A stretch of 64,000 nt of DNA from Eledone cirrhosa (GCA_964016885.1 OZ024748.1:35898001-35962000), one strand, 5' to 3'; counted from the stretch's first letter, positions 1-14,328 are shown. Notes: generated by a model from the sequence alone, not told the origin. Made by a program: numbers and translations.

Positions 1-360
1 AGGCGTTCGTATACATATACAGAACGTATACACACATAAACACATTCAGACGCATAGATACAGATTATAAATCAGCCATATGAATAAATGAGTACAAATA
101 TAAAATCGGCTGCGAAACAACAGAATATATCTGGAGTGGAAAACGCAAGTGACATGTGATATCAGTTAGTGAAAGAAAATGGGGAAGTAAAATGTGGAAT
201 GTGAAGATATTAGGTAAGTGAATCGAAAAGTAGGGGGGGGATTTACTGGTGGATGTGAAGTAAAAATAAAAATAAAATTAAAAATAAAGTTAAAAATGAA
301 AGTAATTCAGAAAGAGAAGTCTGTAAAGAGGATAATTTAAGGAAAGTGAAGAATAAGAGT

Positions 361-790
361 TTATGGAGGATAAGTATCTGAAAGTGAGTTAAGTTTATAT
401 GAGCTGGAAAGCAAGTGTGATTTCATGTGTGGGCAACTGGTGAAAATTTCTGTTTTTGTATTTCGGCAGGTTTTTGGTGATTTAAGGTTCTGTAAAATCC
501 AATATTTTTCACTTATGCAGAGTGTGCATTTTCTCATTCCTCTTGCATATTCTTTAGATTGGTTCAAAATTGACCAATCCAATTTATATTAGATACCTTG
601 GTCTTTCAAATCCCATATTCTGCTAGCCAGAGCTGTTGTGAATCTTTTTTCTGGATGTCGGAAAGATGCGACATGTGAGTAATAACGCGTTTTGAATTTG
701 TCTTGTGTCATACCCACATATCGTTCGCTGGTGGCTGGTTGGTTGTTGCTGATGGTTGTCACTTTAGCCGCATATACAATGGCTTTGGTG
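361..790 (-). pseudogene. Penelope-like element (Naiad-type) C-terminal GIY-YIG endonuclease fragment
   Basis: ORF 361-582 (WSILNQSKEY..KCTLCISEKYWIL..NTKTEIFTSCPH). Upstream minus-strand codons read ERYVGMTQDKFKTRYYSHVASF, closely matching ORF 47890-48408. Confidence 0.85.
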
Positions 791-871
791 TTGCATTTAC
801 CTTGTAATGGGCATTAACTTTTGACTCTACAGGAGCAATGTTGATGTTCTCTGGGTGTTTTCTTATTGATG

Positions 872-921
<50 letters not shown>

Positions 922-933
<12 letters not shown>

Positions 934-1084
934 ATAGCTTTCACCGTATTTTTGACTAAAGGAATTTTAGCCTGATAATGTACGTCAATACTCTTCTTTT
1001 TCCATTTATCTGAGGGTTCTTAACACCATTATCAGGCTAAAATTCCTTTAGTCAAAAATACGGTGAAAGCTATATATTTTCTAA
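922..1084. repeat. Fold-back element (~57-bp inverted arms), same family as 4832-4990
   Basis: ttagaaaatatatagctttcaccg...gcctgataatg and its reverse complement, flanked by (TA)n. Confidence 0.9.
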
Positions 1085-1123
1085 TTTCAAACCTGCTCAC
1101 TGTTTCAAAACATACTTACTTTA

Positions 1124-1204
<81 letters not shown>

Positions 1205-1532
1205 CTCTATATATATATATATATATGTATATATATCTCTATATATATATGTATATATGTATATATCTCTCTATATATATATGTATATATGTATATATAT
1301 TTTATATATATATATGTATATATGTATATATATTTTATATATATATATGTATATATGTATATATATTTTATATATATACATATGTGTATATACAGTATAT
1401 ATATATATATACATATGTATATACATATATATACATATGTATATACATATATATACATATATATGCATATATATTAGTACATATATATTTATACATATGT
1501 ATATATACATATGTATAAATATATATGTACTC

Positions 1533-1810
1533 AAAAGTCAGCTCAAAAGTGACACAGAGGAGACTGAGGTTGGCTGGACATGCTCACTGACATCCAGAGT
1601 AGACATTGCACTCAGTGCTCCTTTGGGAGCCCCTACATGGACACACTAGAAGAGGAAGACCAAGGTTAACATATGTTGATGCCCTAAGGACAGACACTGG
1701 TCTGTTGGAGATGCAGGATATGGCAGCGATAATGAGGGACAGAGACCGCTGGAGAGAACTCGTCCATGGATCTCGGGAATTTTACCCGCCTTAGATAGAT
1801 AGATAGATAT
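1533..1810 (+). mobile_element. RTE-clade LINE 3' fragment with (TAGA)n tail
   Basis: RRLRLAGH...[24 protein letters not shown]...DRDRWR, the typical RTE C-terminus; stop codon followed by a tagatagat tail. Confidence 0.8.
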
Positions 1811-1837
1811 ATACATATATATATATATACATATGTG

Positions 1838-1895
<58 letters not shown>

Positions 1896-1912
1896 CGGGC
1901 TTATATATATAT

Positions 1913-2331
1913 ATATTGAAAGAGTGAAGAATAACATGGTCAACAGTACAAAAAAGGGTTTTATTTACAGTATTAACAATTGTTTCACTGATTAAGTTAT
2001 CTAATAATTTAGAAACATACTCAGCGTTTACGAATTCAAATTACAACATCATTAATAAAGAAAGAGAGAGAGAAAAAAAAGAGAGTAAAAAGAAAAAAAA
2101 GAAAATGATATAGAGAAAATTAATGATGTAATTTGAATTCGTAAACGCTGAGTATGTTTTTAACCATCCTTTCTGATGATCTGTTTAAGCTAACATCGTA
2201 TTTAAAATTGAGTGGCACAGCTCCAAGTGTTCAGCAATTTTTAGAAAACTTAATCAGTGAAACGATTGTCAGACTGTAAATAAAACCCTTTTTTGTACTG
2301 TTGACCATGTTATTCTTCACTCTTTCAATAT
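1913..2331. repeat. Nested fold-back element containing a hammerhead motif
   Basis: Outer arms ~1913-1998 and ~2248-2331; inner arms ~2013-2057 and ~2118-2160. Confidence 0.9.
2170..2273 (+). ncRNA. Type I hammerhead ribozyme with extended stem II
   Basis: CTGATGA 2173-2179, ctg.ttaag...cttaa.cag stem II, GAAAC 2259-2263, GTC triplet 2268-2270; stem I is weak (3 bp). Confidence 0.6.
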
Positions 2332-2459
2332 TATTACTCGCAAACTCGCCACCTACGGAAACCTGTTGTTGAGTCAAACAACGCCGTACACTAAAACTAT
2401 CCACAATACGGAGTATTCACAACATCTAACTGGATTACCTATAACGATATTTTGTTATC

Positions 2460-2522
<63 letters not shown>

Positions 2523-2594
2523 TTCCATTTACCAAAGGTTTCACGAAGACAAGCGAGCTCAACAGAGACGTCTGAAATCGTTCATCAGAAGGAA
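2523..2594 (-). ncRNA. Type I hammerhead ribozyme
   Basis: Minus strand: ttcctt-CTGATGA-acga...tcgt-GAAAC-c ttt g-GTA-aatggaa. The 3' half resembles the 49/50 kb family. Confidence 0.8.
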
Positions 2595-3241
2595 AAATTT
2601 AATATCGATATAACATACATAGAGCACTCCCCTTTCCTTTACTCTTTCTACGTAAATATTTCATATATATATATATTAGGCTGGCCTTTAGCACTAGGTA
2701 AATGTTTGATGTTACCACCCACTAATCCTGTTTCAATCACAAATAACACGAGGTGTGCAAAATTTGAGCTCAATCGGACAACTGTTAGGCGACCCTCAAA
2801 CACCTTGACGTTGGAACATAGTATACGCAACGATTAATTCTGTTCAAAAGCGGTATACTGTTCCCTATCTCGACCATTTTATTTTTTCTTAGAGAAATTT
2901 ATGTGGACACATCCAGGCAACCCCAGCAAATGTACCACATACTGATATATGTATTTATGCTCCTCCCCTCCTCATTATCTAATTCCTCACCTCCCCGCCC
3001 TTCAGCTCCTACCTCCATTTCCACACCACTTCACCCCTCTACTCCCTCTCATCCCCTTTCTCCCCCCTCTTCTCTTCCTGCCTGCCCCACCCCATTTTCT
3101 CTCCTTGCTCTCCTTGCTCTCCTTTTCTCCTGGTATCTATGTACTTGGTTATATATAAATACATTGAGAAAAGGGGAGCAAGGAGAAATATGAAAGCAAG
3201 GATAGTAAGGAGACTATATATATACATATCATACACACACA

Positions 3242-3324
<83 letters not shown>

Positions 3325-3757
3325 CTCAATACCAAGTACTCATTTCTCTCAGCTGTCAACCACATACGGATATATATATATTAGGCTGGCCCTTAGCAAT
3401 AGGTAATTTTCCGAAAGTTAAAATTTCGCTGCTCCCACAGTGAAAAATAGGTGTTTACCCTATTCCTGCGCTCTATCCCCAGCTTTGCAAGTTACCTTCC
3501 CCATTATATTCATTGTCTCTTATCCTTCTAATACCAAGAATAAGTCTGAACAAGCTTTTAATTTAAGAGATAAAGAATTTTTATCTAAAAAAAAATGACT
3601 TTCGGGGCGAAAACTTCAAACATTCACGGTCGACTGGGGTCGCCTTGCAGTTTTCTGCCAGAACTAAAATCTTGCACAGATAGATGTATTGTTAATTGGA
3701 ACAAGATAGGGTGGTGGGAGCTAAACATTTAGTTGAAGAATAAGTGCCACCCTATTG

Positions 3758-3846
<89 letters not shown>

Positions 3847-3848
3847 GC

Positions 3849-3896
<48 letters not shown>

Positions 3897-3914
3897 GTAT
3901 ATATATCATTAAAA

Positions 3915-4480
3915 AAAATATTTTTTCCAGGTATTTACGACCGTTTTATTGGTAAGCGCAACCTTATATCGCTATACTGCTTCATTCCTTTTCTCTTTTT
4001 TCGTTTTCTTCTTTTCTTCTCTCCCCCTTTTTTTGTTCTCTTTTCTTTTTTTCTTTTTTCTCTTCCCCCTTTTTTATATATATATTTATCTCTCTATCTC
4101 CCCCCTCTCTCTTTCTCTCTCTCTCCCTCCCACTATAAACAATTTAATTCTCTTTAACCCCCTACACTGTAAATTGACGACATCAAGACTACGAATCAAA
4201 ACTGATTGAGCAATCCTTCCATCTTTACCCCTCCCCCATCTCCGTTTGTCTCTCTACTTCTTAATTATTCTCCCCCTTCCTCTCTCTCTATACTAGTAAA
4301 TACGATTTAAAAAAATGATTTCTTTTATATATTAAGAAACTTTTACAAGTAACTTATTCATTATTTTGAAAATTTGGAGGTGAATAACAGTTATTATCTA
4401 GTGGCTGCTATTTACAGTATAGCGATATAAGGTTGCGCTTTCCAATGAAACGGTCGTAAATACCTGGATAAAATCCTTTT
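3915..4480. repeat. Inverted repeat pair (~65-bp arms)
   Basis: ccaggtatttacgaccgttt...gcgcaaccttatatcgctatactg at ~3927-3979 with its reverse complement at ~4415-4468. Confidence 0.85.
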
Positions 4481-4769
4481 TTTAATGCTTACCTGTGTTT
4501 TCTCTTTTATTCTTTATACTCCAAGTTTGTATGTGATTTACTAACCACATTCTAGCAAACTTGTGGAGTTACCCCTAATCACGAACTGGATTACAATAAG
4601 CAATTTTCTGCTTTCCTAACTATACATATATATATATACACACACACATGTATATATATATATACACAGACACATATATATATATATATACACACACACA
4701 TGTATATATATATACACACATACATATATATATATATACACACACACATGTATATATATATATACACAG

Positions 4770-4810
<41 letters not shown>

Positions 4811-4831
4811 TGTATATATATATATATATAT

Positions 4832-4986
4832 ATAGCTTTCACCGTATTTTTGACTAAAGGAATTTTAGCCTGATAATGGGGTTTCGAACCCCATTATCAG
4901 GCTAAAATTCCTTTAGTCAAAAATACGGTGAAAGCTATTCTATTTTCTAATTTCAAACCTGCTCACTGTTTCAAAACATACTTACT

Positions 4987-4990
<4 letters not shown>
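4832..4990. repeat. Near-perfect palindrome / fold-back element
   Basis: Arms pivot on ggggtt-tcg-aacccc (~4878-4892); same family as 922-1120. Confidence 0.9.
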
Positions 4991-5040
<50 letters not shown>

Positions 5041-5464
5041 GTGTGTGTGTGTATGTATGTATACATACACACACACATACACACACACATGCATACACAC
5101 GTACACATGCACACATATTTATATGTATATATGTATATTACACAGTACTCTCCCTTCCATCGCCTGTTTTATCAAATTGTACCAGATGGGAGAAACTTCA
5201 TGGCTGGAATTCGATCTGCTAGAAATAACAAACAAATCTCCCTCAAATCACAACTTATGATTAAATCACCAAAGGCGACTGATTACGGCTGAGTTTCGCT
5301 TTACCTGGATTAACACTTATGGAGAGCTCCTCAATCTATTAATGACCCCCCCCCCCACCCTACCCACACTGCAAATTATTTTTTATTTTTTTACCAGTAC
5401 AGTAAATAGTTGTACCCTAACATTTTCAGTTTTTAGGGCCTGTATATATCGATGTATATATCTA

Positions 5465-5610
5465 TTGGCAGAGTCGTTAAGAGGTCCGATAGAATGTCAT
5501 CCCACCTCATTGTACACTCTGAGGTTAAATCCCGCCGGGGTCAACTTTGCCTTTCATCCTTTCGAGGTCGATAAAAGAAAGTACCAGTTCACTACTGGGG
5601 TCAATTCTTC
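5465..5610 (+). mobile_element. tRNA-derived Nin/Deu-domain SINE
   Basis: tggcagagtcgtta (A-box-like), gttaaatccc (B-box-like), and core ctttgcctttcatcctttcgaggtcgataaaag..gtaccag. Confidence 0.75.
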
Positions 5611-6615
5611 CTCTATAGAACAACATCGGCTGTGTTCAGACCTGGAGAAGGTTGGGCTCCACCAGGTTTATAGTTCCCTAGACATGTTGTGTGACAGTAC
5701 CTCTAAGACTCCACAATGAGAGAGAGAGAGAGAGTGTGTGTGTGAGAGAGATAGGGGAGAGGGAGAGAGGAATGAAATTTGATACATATATACAAATGAC
5801 TGTTTGTCTTTCGTCTGTCACTCCTTTGGACAGCGTTTGGCTTATGTCAGACGCTGTGGCCCCGGATGGACCAGCAGAACTGTTGGTAGGTGTCAAAGTC
5901 CGTCTCAACACCCGATGACCATGGAGTTCTGCCTCGCTCGTTTGTTTATTTATTTTAAAAAAGAATAATTTTATAAAGTTTCCCCTTAAAAAATAGTTTT
6001 CATTTTGTTTTGTTTCTGTTCGTTGTCTTTTCTTAAGTTTATATATCTAAGTATCTATAATATCGTTTATAGTAGGTTTAAGGGAGATAACTTAATAAAT
6101 AGTGCTTACTGAATACTCTCCCTTGGTTATCATAAATATTTTTATTTATATATTTATATTCTTTTAATTTGCACTGCTTCTTGGCTCGCGGTTCACAGGT
6201 AGAGAGTTGGCTAGTTAAAACTATATTGTTGCTCGCTATAAGTAGGTTAGTACTTGTATATTGTACTATATAATACATATCTAGTCGGCCGTAGGAGTTG
6301 TTTGTCAATACATATATATGTAAGTTTATATATAATACAGATTAGAGTAAACATCACGGGGGCTCTATATCAAAATTACTTTTGAAAAGCATTAGAAATG
6401 CGCAACCGTTAAAAACTTAAAACTAAAACTGAATACTAACCAATACTATTACTAATTTTTACTTATTCCTAATTAAACTATTTTTCACTGGGAACAATTT
6501 GTCATCATTTTCTTTTCCTTTTACCAATATATATATATATAAGTATGTATACATACTTATATATAAGTAACAGCCGTACTAAGAGTGAGAAATGAAATTT
6601 CGTTTCATTTTTTCC

Positions 6616-6659
<44 letters not shown>

Positions 6660-6894
6660 CGAAATAACAAATAAACAAACAAACGCAGGAGTAAATGGTA
6701 CATTGTGTTATTAGCTTCAGGCTTGGTGAGAGTGGGGGGGGGGGGGTATATATGTATGTGTGTGTATCTTTCAACTATATATATTGATGATGATCATAAG
6801 TATAGGGGAAGATAGGTACCGAATGACATAAATTACGTCAGGTTTATTTGTTAATGTTGTTCCCGCCTGAATCAGAAATATACAGAAACACTTA

Positions 6895-7085
6895 GTGGGG
6901 ATTGGCAGTATCAGTAGAAGGTCAGACGCCATGCTTTGCAGCATAGAGTTACGCCCCTTTATGGTGTGAGTTCAAATCCCGCCGAGGTACACTTTGCCTT
7001 TCATCCTTACGGGTTCGATAAAATAAAGTACCAGTAATGTACTGGGTAATTGCTGGCCTTGTGCCAAAAGTAGAAACAATTAAGT
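6895..7085 (+). mobile_element. tRNA-derived Nin/Deu-domain SINE
   Basis: gttcaaatcccgccgagg...ctttgcctttcatccttacgggttcgataaaataaagtaccag; near-identical reverse copy at ~37462-37650. Confidence 0.8.
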
Positions 7086-7211
7086 ATTATATACCTACAC
7101 ACACACACTGTGTGATCTTATATACCTATATACAGTGGCGGACTGGCCAGGTTGCCAAGGGGCCCACGGTAGCATTGCAAGAGCCCACAGTAGCATTGCA
7201 CGGCCCAGTGT

Positions 7212-7868
7212 AATATTTTAGGGGCCAATGCTTTGCTTTAAAAAAATACCTGAAATTTAAGAGAAAGAATAAAATGTTTTAAAAAATCAATAAAACAATT
7301 AAGCAAAGCATTTGGTCAACCAGTTCCCCAGGTAATTACTAGAAACCAAAATATACGATAGTGTAAATAACTGGAATCAGTGGTTGTACATTCTACTAAA
7401 TCTAAAGTTTAGAGTATTCATTCATGCATGCAAACATATATATATAGACACAGACACACACGCATATATATATATAAATTTTCAATCACATATATTTTTA
7501 TTGTTTGACCCGAATTACTTGGTCATTTTTTTGGTTGTGCGGATGATTGGTTTAACCACCATCTCAGTGTGTTTGGCCCTTAACGTATGTTGTAGCTCTG
7601 ATTCATATGAATCATCGAGCGCTTGCCACACAACTCGGAAGTGTTTTTCGTTAATTCCTGAGCTGAAATACGATTCTCGCTAATTTATATTTATATATAT
7701 ATATATATATATATTTACACTATCGTATATTTTGGTTTCTAGTAATTCCCTGGGGAACTGGTTGACCAAATGCTTTGCTTAATTGTTTTATTGATTTTTT
7801 AAACATTTTATTCTTTCTCTTAAATTTCAGGTATTTTTTTAAAGCAAAGCATTGGCCCCTAAAATATA
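7212..7868. repeat. Inverted repeat, ~150-bp arms
   Basis: 7212-7368 is the reverse complement of ~7712-7868. Confidence 0.9.
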
Positions 7869-7982
7869 TATATATACTTACATACGAATTACTGACCAAA
7901 TAATATTTGGTATCAATGGGTTAAAGGCATCTGTCAAATCAATTAGTTGTGAAGGTGGTGTGTATATATATATAGAGAGATA

Positions 7983-9374
7983 ATTTTCTTTTTATTTGCC
8001 ACCAGGGCATCAAAAAGTGGGACAAGTACAATGGGGGGAGTTTACATAACAAGGCGTCCTCAATAAGGAGGAGGCAATAAAAAAATATAAAAATAAAATA
8101 AAATATGACAAAATAAAATTTATAACAAAATCCTCAATAGAGAGGAGGCGCCATGGAGGGTCGCACACACCCCCGAAAAAAAGTGTGCAACCCTTCTCCC
8201 CAGGAGCACAGAGAGGGGGTGTTCCCTTGGTCTTTCATCTTCCTCACCTATAGTCTGATGTAGAGTGAAGGCCCATTCACACGGGCTATTATCGCCACTT
8301 TCACCCATCTTTCATAGAAACGGCTGGGGTGCAGCACCTCTCTCTCCATCCTGATTCTTCTTCCGAAATGATATCGGAAGAAACGGACCAGTTGTTGGCC
8401 AGAGAGAAAGGTGTCTGACCTCAGTCCTTTCAGACGCGTCCACCATACAACCTCTTTCGCCATGGCTATTACGCACAGAAACACCGCTTCTCCTTTGTTT
8501 TTGAAGAGGGGAGGCGGCTTGATCGTTACAATAGACTCAGTGGTCAACCGGATCGGTCCCACCCTTGACAGCAGTTGTTCGACATAGCCCCACAGATCGG
8601 CAATGCCCGAGCAGTGTATCAATGCGTGTGCAACGGTTTTCTCGTCGCACACGCATCTGGGACAGATCTTTTTCGATGGGTCCCTACCCGGGCGCCCGTG
8701 TATGTAGAGCCTTTCTCGAACGGGCAGAGCCCTTCTGTAGCACTAACAGGCCAGGGACCTCTGGAAGTTATCCATGGGTCCCGGGCTGAATGTCCTACCG
8801 AACAGGTTGGCCAGTTCGTCTTCCTCCATGCCTAGGGCTTCTCCGAGGGCGTCGTCGCACCTGCTAACCACCAGCCCTCTATAGAATGACGAGGTGGATT
8901 CTCCACTGACAGCCAGGTCCGCCTGCCAGAGAGCCGTGAGCGCCTGGGCATACTCGGTGTGCCAGGCGCCCAGTTTTCTCGGTCTTTGCTTGACCCAGGA
9001 TTGCAGCTCGGTGAGTGAGACGAGTCTGGGAAAGGCTCGCCTCACAAACGGGGCCCACACCGGTTGACCGGTGAGGAATACCTGGAGGTGCCGTAGCCTT
9101 AATGCGTGTTTACGTATCATTAGCCACGGCATCCCCAGCCCTCCTTTCGAAGGGTGTTGACAGCAGATGGATCTCCTCACAATAGGAGCCCGCTTCTTCC
9201 AAAGGAATTGGAAGAGTGCGCGATCCATTTTGGCGAGCGTTTCCCTTGGGCAAGGCACAACGGTCAGGCGGTAGTAGATGACGGACGCTATATAAGTGTT
9301 CGCCACCTCCGACCGACCTTTCAGGGACAGTTTGCACTCGGCCCACTTCTGGGTCAGTGCAAACACCCTGTTCG
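7983..9374 (-). mobile_element. 5'-truncated L1/Tx1-clade retrotransposon copy
   Basis: ORFs 8248-8652 and 8743-9372 nearly identical to the ORF2 C-terminus of the 57.8-63.4 kb element; premature stop near 8743. Confidence 0.95.
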
Positions 9375-9686
9375 TACAGATAGATATATAGATACACACA
9401 CACAAACACGCCCCCCCCCCACACACACAGATATATATATTGAATGAGTGTGAAAAACCAAAGTCATTATTGAAAGTCTCTGGATTTCGCAAAATACATA
9501 ATATTAATTATTGGAGAAAGTAAGATATTTTCCCGCAAAAATTTGATTACACTGTTTTGTTTCCACTTATGTATCTTTCGAAAATGTTATTTATTCATTA
9601 TAAAAATTAAATGATAGCATTCTATATGTAGGTGAGCCCCCTTCATCTCCTGGCAACCAATATTTTTAGACCCAGTCCGCCACTGC

Positions 9687-9744
<58 letters not shown>

Positions 9745-10026
9745 TGTGATATTGTATACCTATACACACACTGTGTCATATTGTACCTACATAACACACA
9801 CACACACACAGACACACACACTCAGTAAGATATTGTAAACCTACATAAGATACACAAACAACCACCTTATTGGTTATTGATCACTAAATTACAATATAAA
9901 CCATGTATAGTAATATAAAATACATACATAATTTACAGAACTCAGAACGTACAGGGCCGTAACTCTATGCCGTAAAGTATATTGTCAGATGCTCTACCAT
10001 TTCTGCCAATCCACACGGCCTCACAA

Positions 10027-10065
<39 letters not shown>

Positions 10066-10446
10066 ACAAATTACTAAATAACTAACTAGGTCATTTATTG
10101 TATTGAGTGAAAGGTTTGTGGCGGTTCACGAGAAACAACTTTAACTGCAGAGCTGAAAAGACAGAGACTAGATATGTAGACATATATTCATGTCATGATA
10201 ATCCCACTAAGTTAAAGTAATATATACATATGGTATAACTAGGACAGTAAACTGACTGAGTCGTTAGAGCTTCAGATTTAATACCTTGTGGTGTTTGTTC
10301 TGACACCTCGCGTTCTGTGTTCAGTCCCTACCAAGATCAACTTTGCCTTTCATAATTTCGGTGATTAATAAATAAAAAAAACCCTAGCCAATTCATTATG
10401 GTGTTGACACTCACTTTTGAGTTTATATATATATATATATATATAT

Positions 10447-11404
10447 ACTAGACATGAAAAATGCGCAAGCTCAAAAGTGCCACAGAATGTTATAATAAAC
10501 CTTCAAAAGTGTGGGACTAGAGTTGTTGCTAAAAAATATTGTAATCATTATATATCGTACATTCTGTGGCATCCTTTATAAAAATAGCTTAAACCAACGA
10601 AGCCTTTATTTTTACGCTATTTCACTTAGTTAATTCTTAGAGTGTAACATATAAAAATATCATTTACAACTATAAAATAAATTAATTAATATAATAACAG
10701 AGCTGCGGAGCTGAAATTTAGGAAATAATGGAGTATCGGATCCTGAGTTGGAGCCAGTCAATTTTTGGCCGACTCCGCAGCCCTGTATAATACATTTCAT
10801 ATTAAAGTTATTAATAAACCTATTTTACACTTCATGCAAATTACCACGAGATATTGATATTAGATATAAGATACAGCGCAATATCTACAGCTGTAAAAGT
10901 ACGAAAGCGAAGTAATAATAAGTGGCTTAAGGTAATTCCAATATGAAAGTTTGTAGTGATAAAAATTTGATAATGCAATACGATTGTTAATATTATAGTT
11001 CTATGAAAATGTAACAATAGATAACTAAATTATTTTACTATTAGTATATTTAAGAAATTATCATTATAGATTTGATCGTTCATATAAGCATCATATTAAG
11101 TTTCAACACAATTATTTTGTTACTATGAGTATATGATAATAATATTACGTAATTATTTATAGCTGTTATTACATTAAACATAGATGTATTTATTTTTATA
11201 TGTTACACTCTAAGAATTAACTAAGTGAAATAGCGTAAAAATAAAGGCTTCGTTGGTTTAAGCTATTTTTATAAAGGATGCCACAGAATGTACGATATAT
11301 AATGATTACAATATTTTTTAGCAACAACTCTAGTCCCACACTTTTGAAGGTTTATTATAACATTCTGTGGCACTTTTGAGCTTGCGCATTTTTCATGTCT
11401 AGTT
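10447..11404. repeat. Large inverted repeat (~215-bp arms)
   Basis: actagacatgaaaaatgcgcaagc...gtgtaacatataaaaata and its reverse complement at ~11190-11404. Confidence 0.9.
10698..10785. mobile_element. Small hAT-type MITE
   Basis: TIRs cagagctgcggag / ctccgcagccctg; 8-bp flanks tataataa / tataatac (7 of 8 match, TSD-like). Confidence 0.65.
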
Positions 11405-11964
11405 TAATATTTTTTTAAGGCAACGCTTGTAATAACTCTAGTTAAACAGGATATATATTAATAATAAATTATCGTTGTAATGTAATTAGATTATGTAATT
11501 GTTATTATAAATTATCTTATAAATATTAGTGTAAGATGTATAAAAATATTTTCAGACTTTTAATATAAACAACTACAAAAAACAATCAATATTAAATCAA
11601 TATATTATACATAATAGAAAACATAAAATATACAATACAAAAACAAAATATTTACATACAATTGCAATTATCAGTGTATATACATTTTCTTTATATTCCC
11701 TGAGCAAATTAATAAGATTTGTTTTTATTGTACATAATTTGATGACTTGTTGGAGTGTATTAAAAGATAGCAACAATTTGTGATTAAATTGTTATCTTAA
11801 GCAACTCACTTTTTAATAGTTGTTGGCTGAGCGAAATTGTAAAAGCCTATGAGCAAATATAAAAAAAAATACACAAACAACATTTCCTTGTGTTATTACA
11901 ACATTAGATAAAATAATTGAGCAATGTCGTTATATTTTGCTCTTATTGCACATTAATAGTGTTT

Positions 11965-12125
11965 CTATTTTTCGGCACAAATCCATTACGGCAGTCCATT
12001 ACTGGTACTTTATTTTATCGAATTAGTAAGTATGAAAGTCGAAGTTAACCTCGGCAGGATTTGAACTTAGAATGCAAAGGACCATAACAATACTGCAAAG
12101 CATGGTGTCTGACGCTCTACCAATA
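11965..12125 (-). mobile_element. Nin/Deu-domain SINE
   Basis: ctggtactttattttatcga...gttaacctcggcaggatttgaact, the reverse complement of the family core. Confidence 0.7.
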
Positions 12126-12520
12126 CTTGTGTTGAGCTGGTCATTAATTTATGGTGGTCGTGCGTGGAGTAGAGCAATCGCTAGTTGAAATATTATGAAC
12201 AAAACATTTTTATTTGCCGAAGAACATATTTTCAATACTGTTTGTGAATGTGACGAAGGAAATACATTCTGATATGGAACAGTGTACAAAGTGTGTCTGT
12301 GAATAACATAATGTTACCTCATGTTGTTGTCAAGACATAATGGATTTCGTATATCCAGTTAGAAGATGAAACCTAGCCATCTCGGATTAGTTATATTTCA
12401 TGCCATGTGTAAACGTGTTTGAGGATAGCAAAATATGCGCGTTAATTATAATAATTAGTTAATAATATTACAAAATATACCTAATTAAACTCTTTGCTTG
12501 AAATTTTATCATTCTTCGTT

Positions 12521-12551
<31 letters not shown>

Positions 12552-14184
12552 GGAGAGAGATTTATCTAGTCCTTCGCTCAAGATTAATCTATAAGTTTAG
12601 ATGTTTGCCTTCGTTTAAGTAAATATTACAGTAAGATTTTTAATATAAACAACTACAAAAAACAATTAATATTAAAACGAAAAAATTATCAATGATAAAA
12701 GAAGCGGATGCAACTTTTTTTTTTATAAAGTTATATTCCTGTTTCTTTAAAGAACATTTCATTTTTGTTCTATTGTAGGCGAAATAATGCAATGGTTTAA
12801 TAGGGAAGATATAACTTACGAATTATGTCTCTAACCGTGTAACGCTTTTTAAGTAGATAACTACAATTGAAAATACTAAAGAAATGGAACCAACAATTCA
12901 ATTTGAAAGTCGTCTAGTGACAGTGTATTACTGGTACTTTATTTTATCGACCCCGTAACGATGAAAGGCAAAAATGCAAATGCTTAAAATTTAAATTGCC
13001 TTAATTCTATCGTCTGCTGTTTCATTAAAGGGAGATTATCGTCTGTATTTAATTCTATCGTCTACTGTTCCACTAAACAGATATACCTCCACTATCGTCT
13101 CTATTTATACATTTTAACTTATAACTTATACACATTTGATTTGAAATATTTTATCTAGTCCCCCCTCTCAATATTATGATGATTTCTTTCGAATGAAACA
13201 GTTCTAGTCCTGTAGAAACCATTTATATATATAATTGAACTGAGTTAAAAATTCACAATATTTATAATTAAATAAGCTCATATATATATGTGTGTATTTA
13301 TCTGTTTATTGTATTATATATAATGTGTGTATATACAGGATGTCCCCCAAAAATATATACACACTTCAACAGCATTCTAATAACTATTGCCTGTACAGGT
13401 AATCAAAGTGTCAATCGAATGTTAGTTTCGTGTTTTAACAGTACAAATTTACAATACACACATAAAACCAGTGTATATACATACATGAGTGTGTATACAC
13501 ATACATGAATGTGTATATACAATATATATGTATATATATATAGACACATATATTCACGGTGCAACGGTACATTAAAATATAGATGCGGGAGAGGGGGGGT
13601 GTATATATAGGGGCGCTGGGGATAAAGGAGTGTAAAGCGTGTGTAATTGATATATTGAAGGAGAGGAGCGTGCAGCGATAGAGTAACAAATATATAGAGA
13701 GGGGGAGAGATGGTATTGAAGGGGAGGAGTGCAAAGCGAAAGAGTAAGAGATATATATAGAGACGGAACAGATAGAGAGAAACAGGCGTAAGTAACAGTG
13801 GAAGAGATATAGAGAGAGGTACTCTGATTGGTTGAAAATTAGCCAATGACATACGATCACCACCACCACGGCTATCTCCGAAAAATTTTTTAAGAAGCTA
13901 CGCATATATGTTAGAACACGAAAAGTGAACATTCTGTTGTTTCACACTTTTCGTGTTCTAACAGATATATATATATTAGAAAGTGAGGTTTTTTTACAAA
14001 ATGAAAAATAACCGAGGTGTTCTACACGAGTGAAAGTATAAAGAAAAAAAGATGAAATCGAAAATGCAACTGAAGTCTTATTTAAAAATATATATTTATT
14101 TGGTTCCTTTACCGGTTTCGCAGTTCTTCTGCTTTTCAAAAGTAGAGTTGAGATGGAGGGTCTGTGGTTTTTCTCACATATATG

Positions 14185-14222
<38 letters not shown>

Positions 14223-14267
14223 TCAATATATTAACAAATGGAAACTATATTTATAAAACCATATTTA

Positions 14268-14328
14268 TTTCATTATACATATTTCAAGCTCACCAAAGCA
14301 AATTATGGTGCGCTTTCATCAGATAAAA
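14268..14328 (-). ncRNA. Type I hammerhead ribozyme (family A)
   Basis: Reverse complement of ttttat-CTGATGA-aagcgcacca...tggtgagctt-GAAA-tatgtata-atgaaa. Confidence 0.8.

Larger units (their letters stand above)
7133..9685. mobile_element. hAT-like non-autonomous TIR element carrying nested insertions
   Basis: Perfect 14-bp inverted termini cagtggcggactgg (7133-7146) and ccagtccgccactg (9672-9685); the same CA-rich minisatellite continues on both flanks. Confidence 0.65.

Noticed and set aside
4195-4460. Hammerhead using GAAACGGTC at ~4447
   Set aside because: No canonical CTGANGA with a pairing stem II found upstream.
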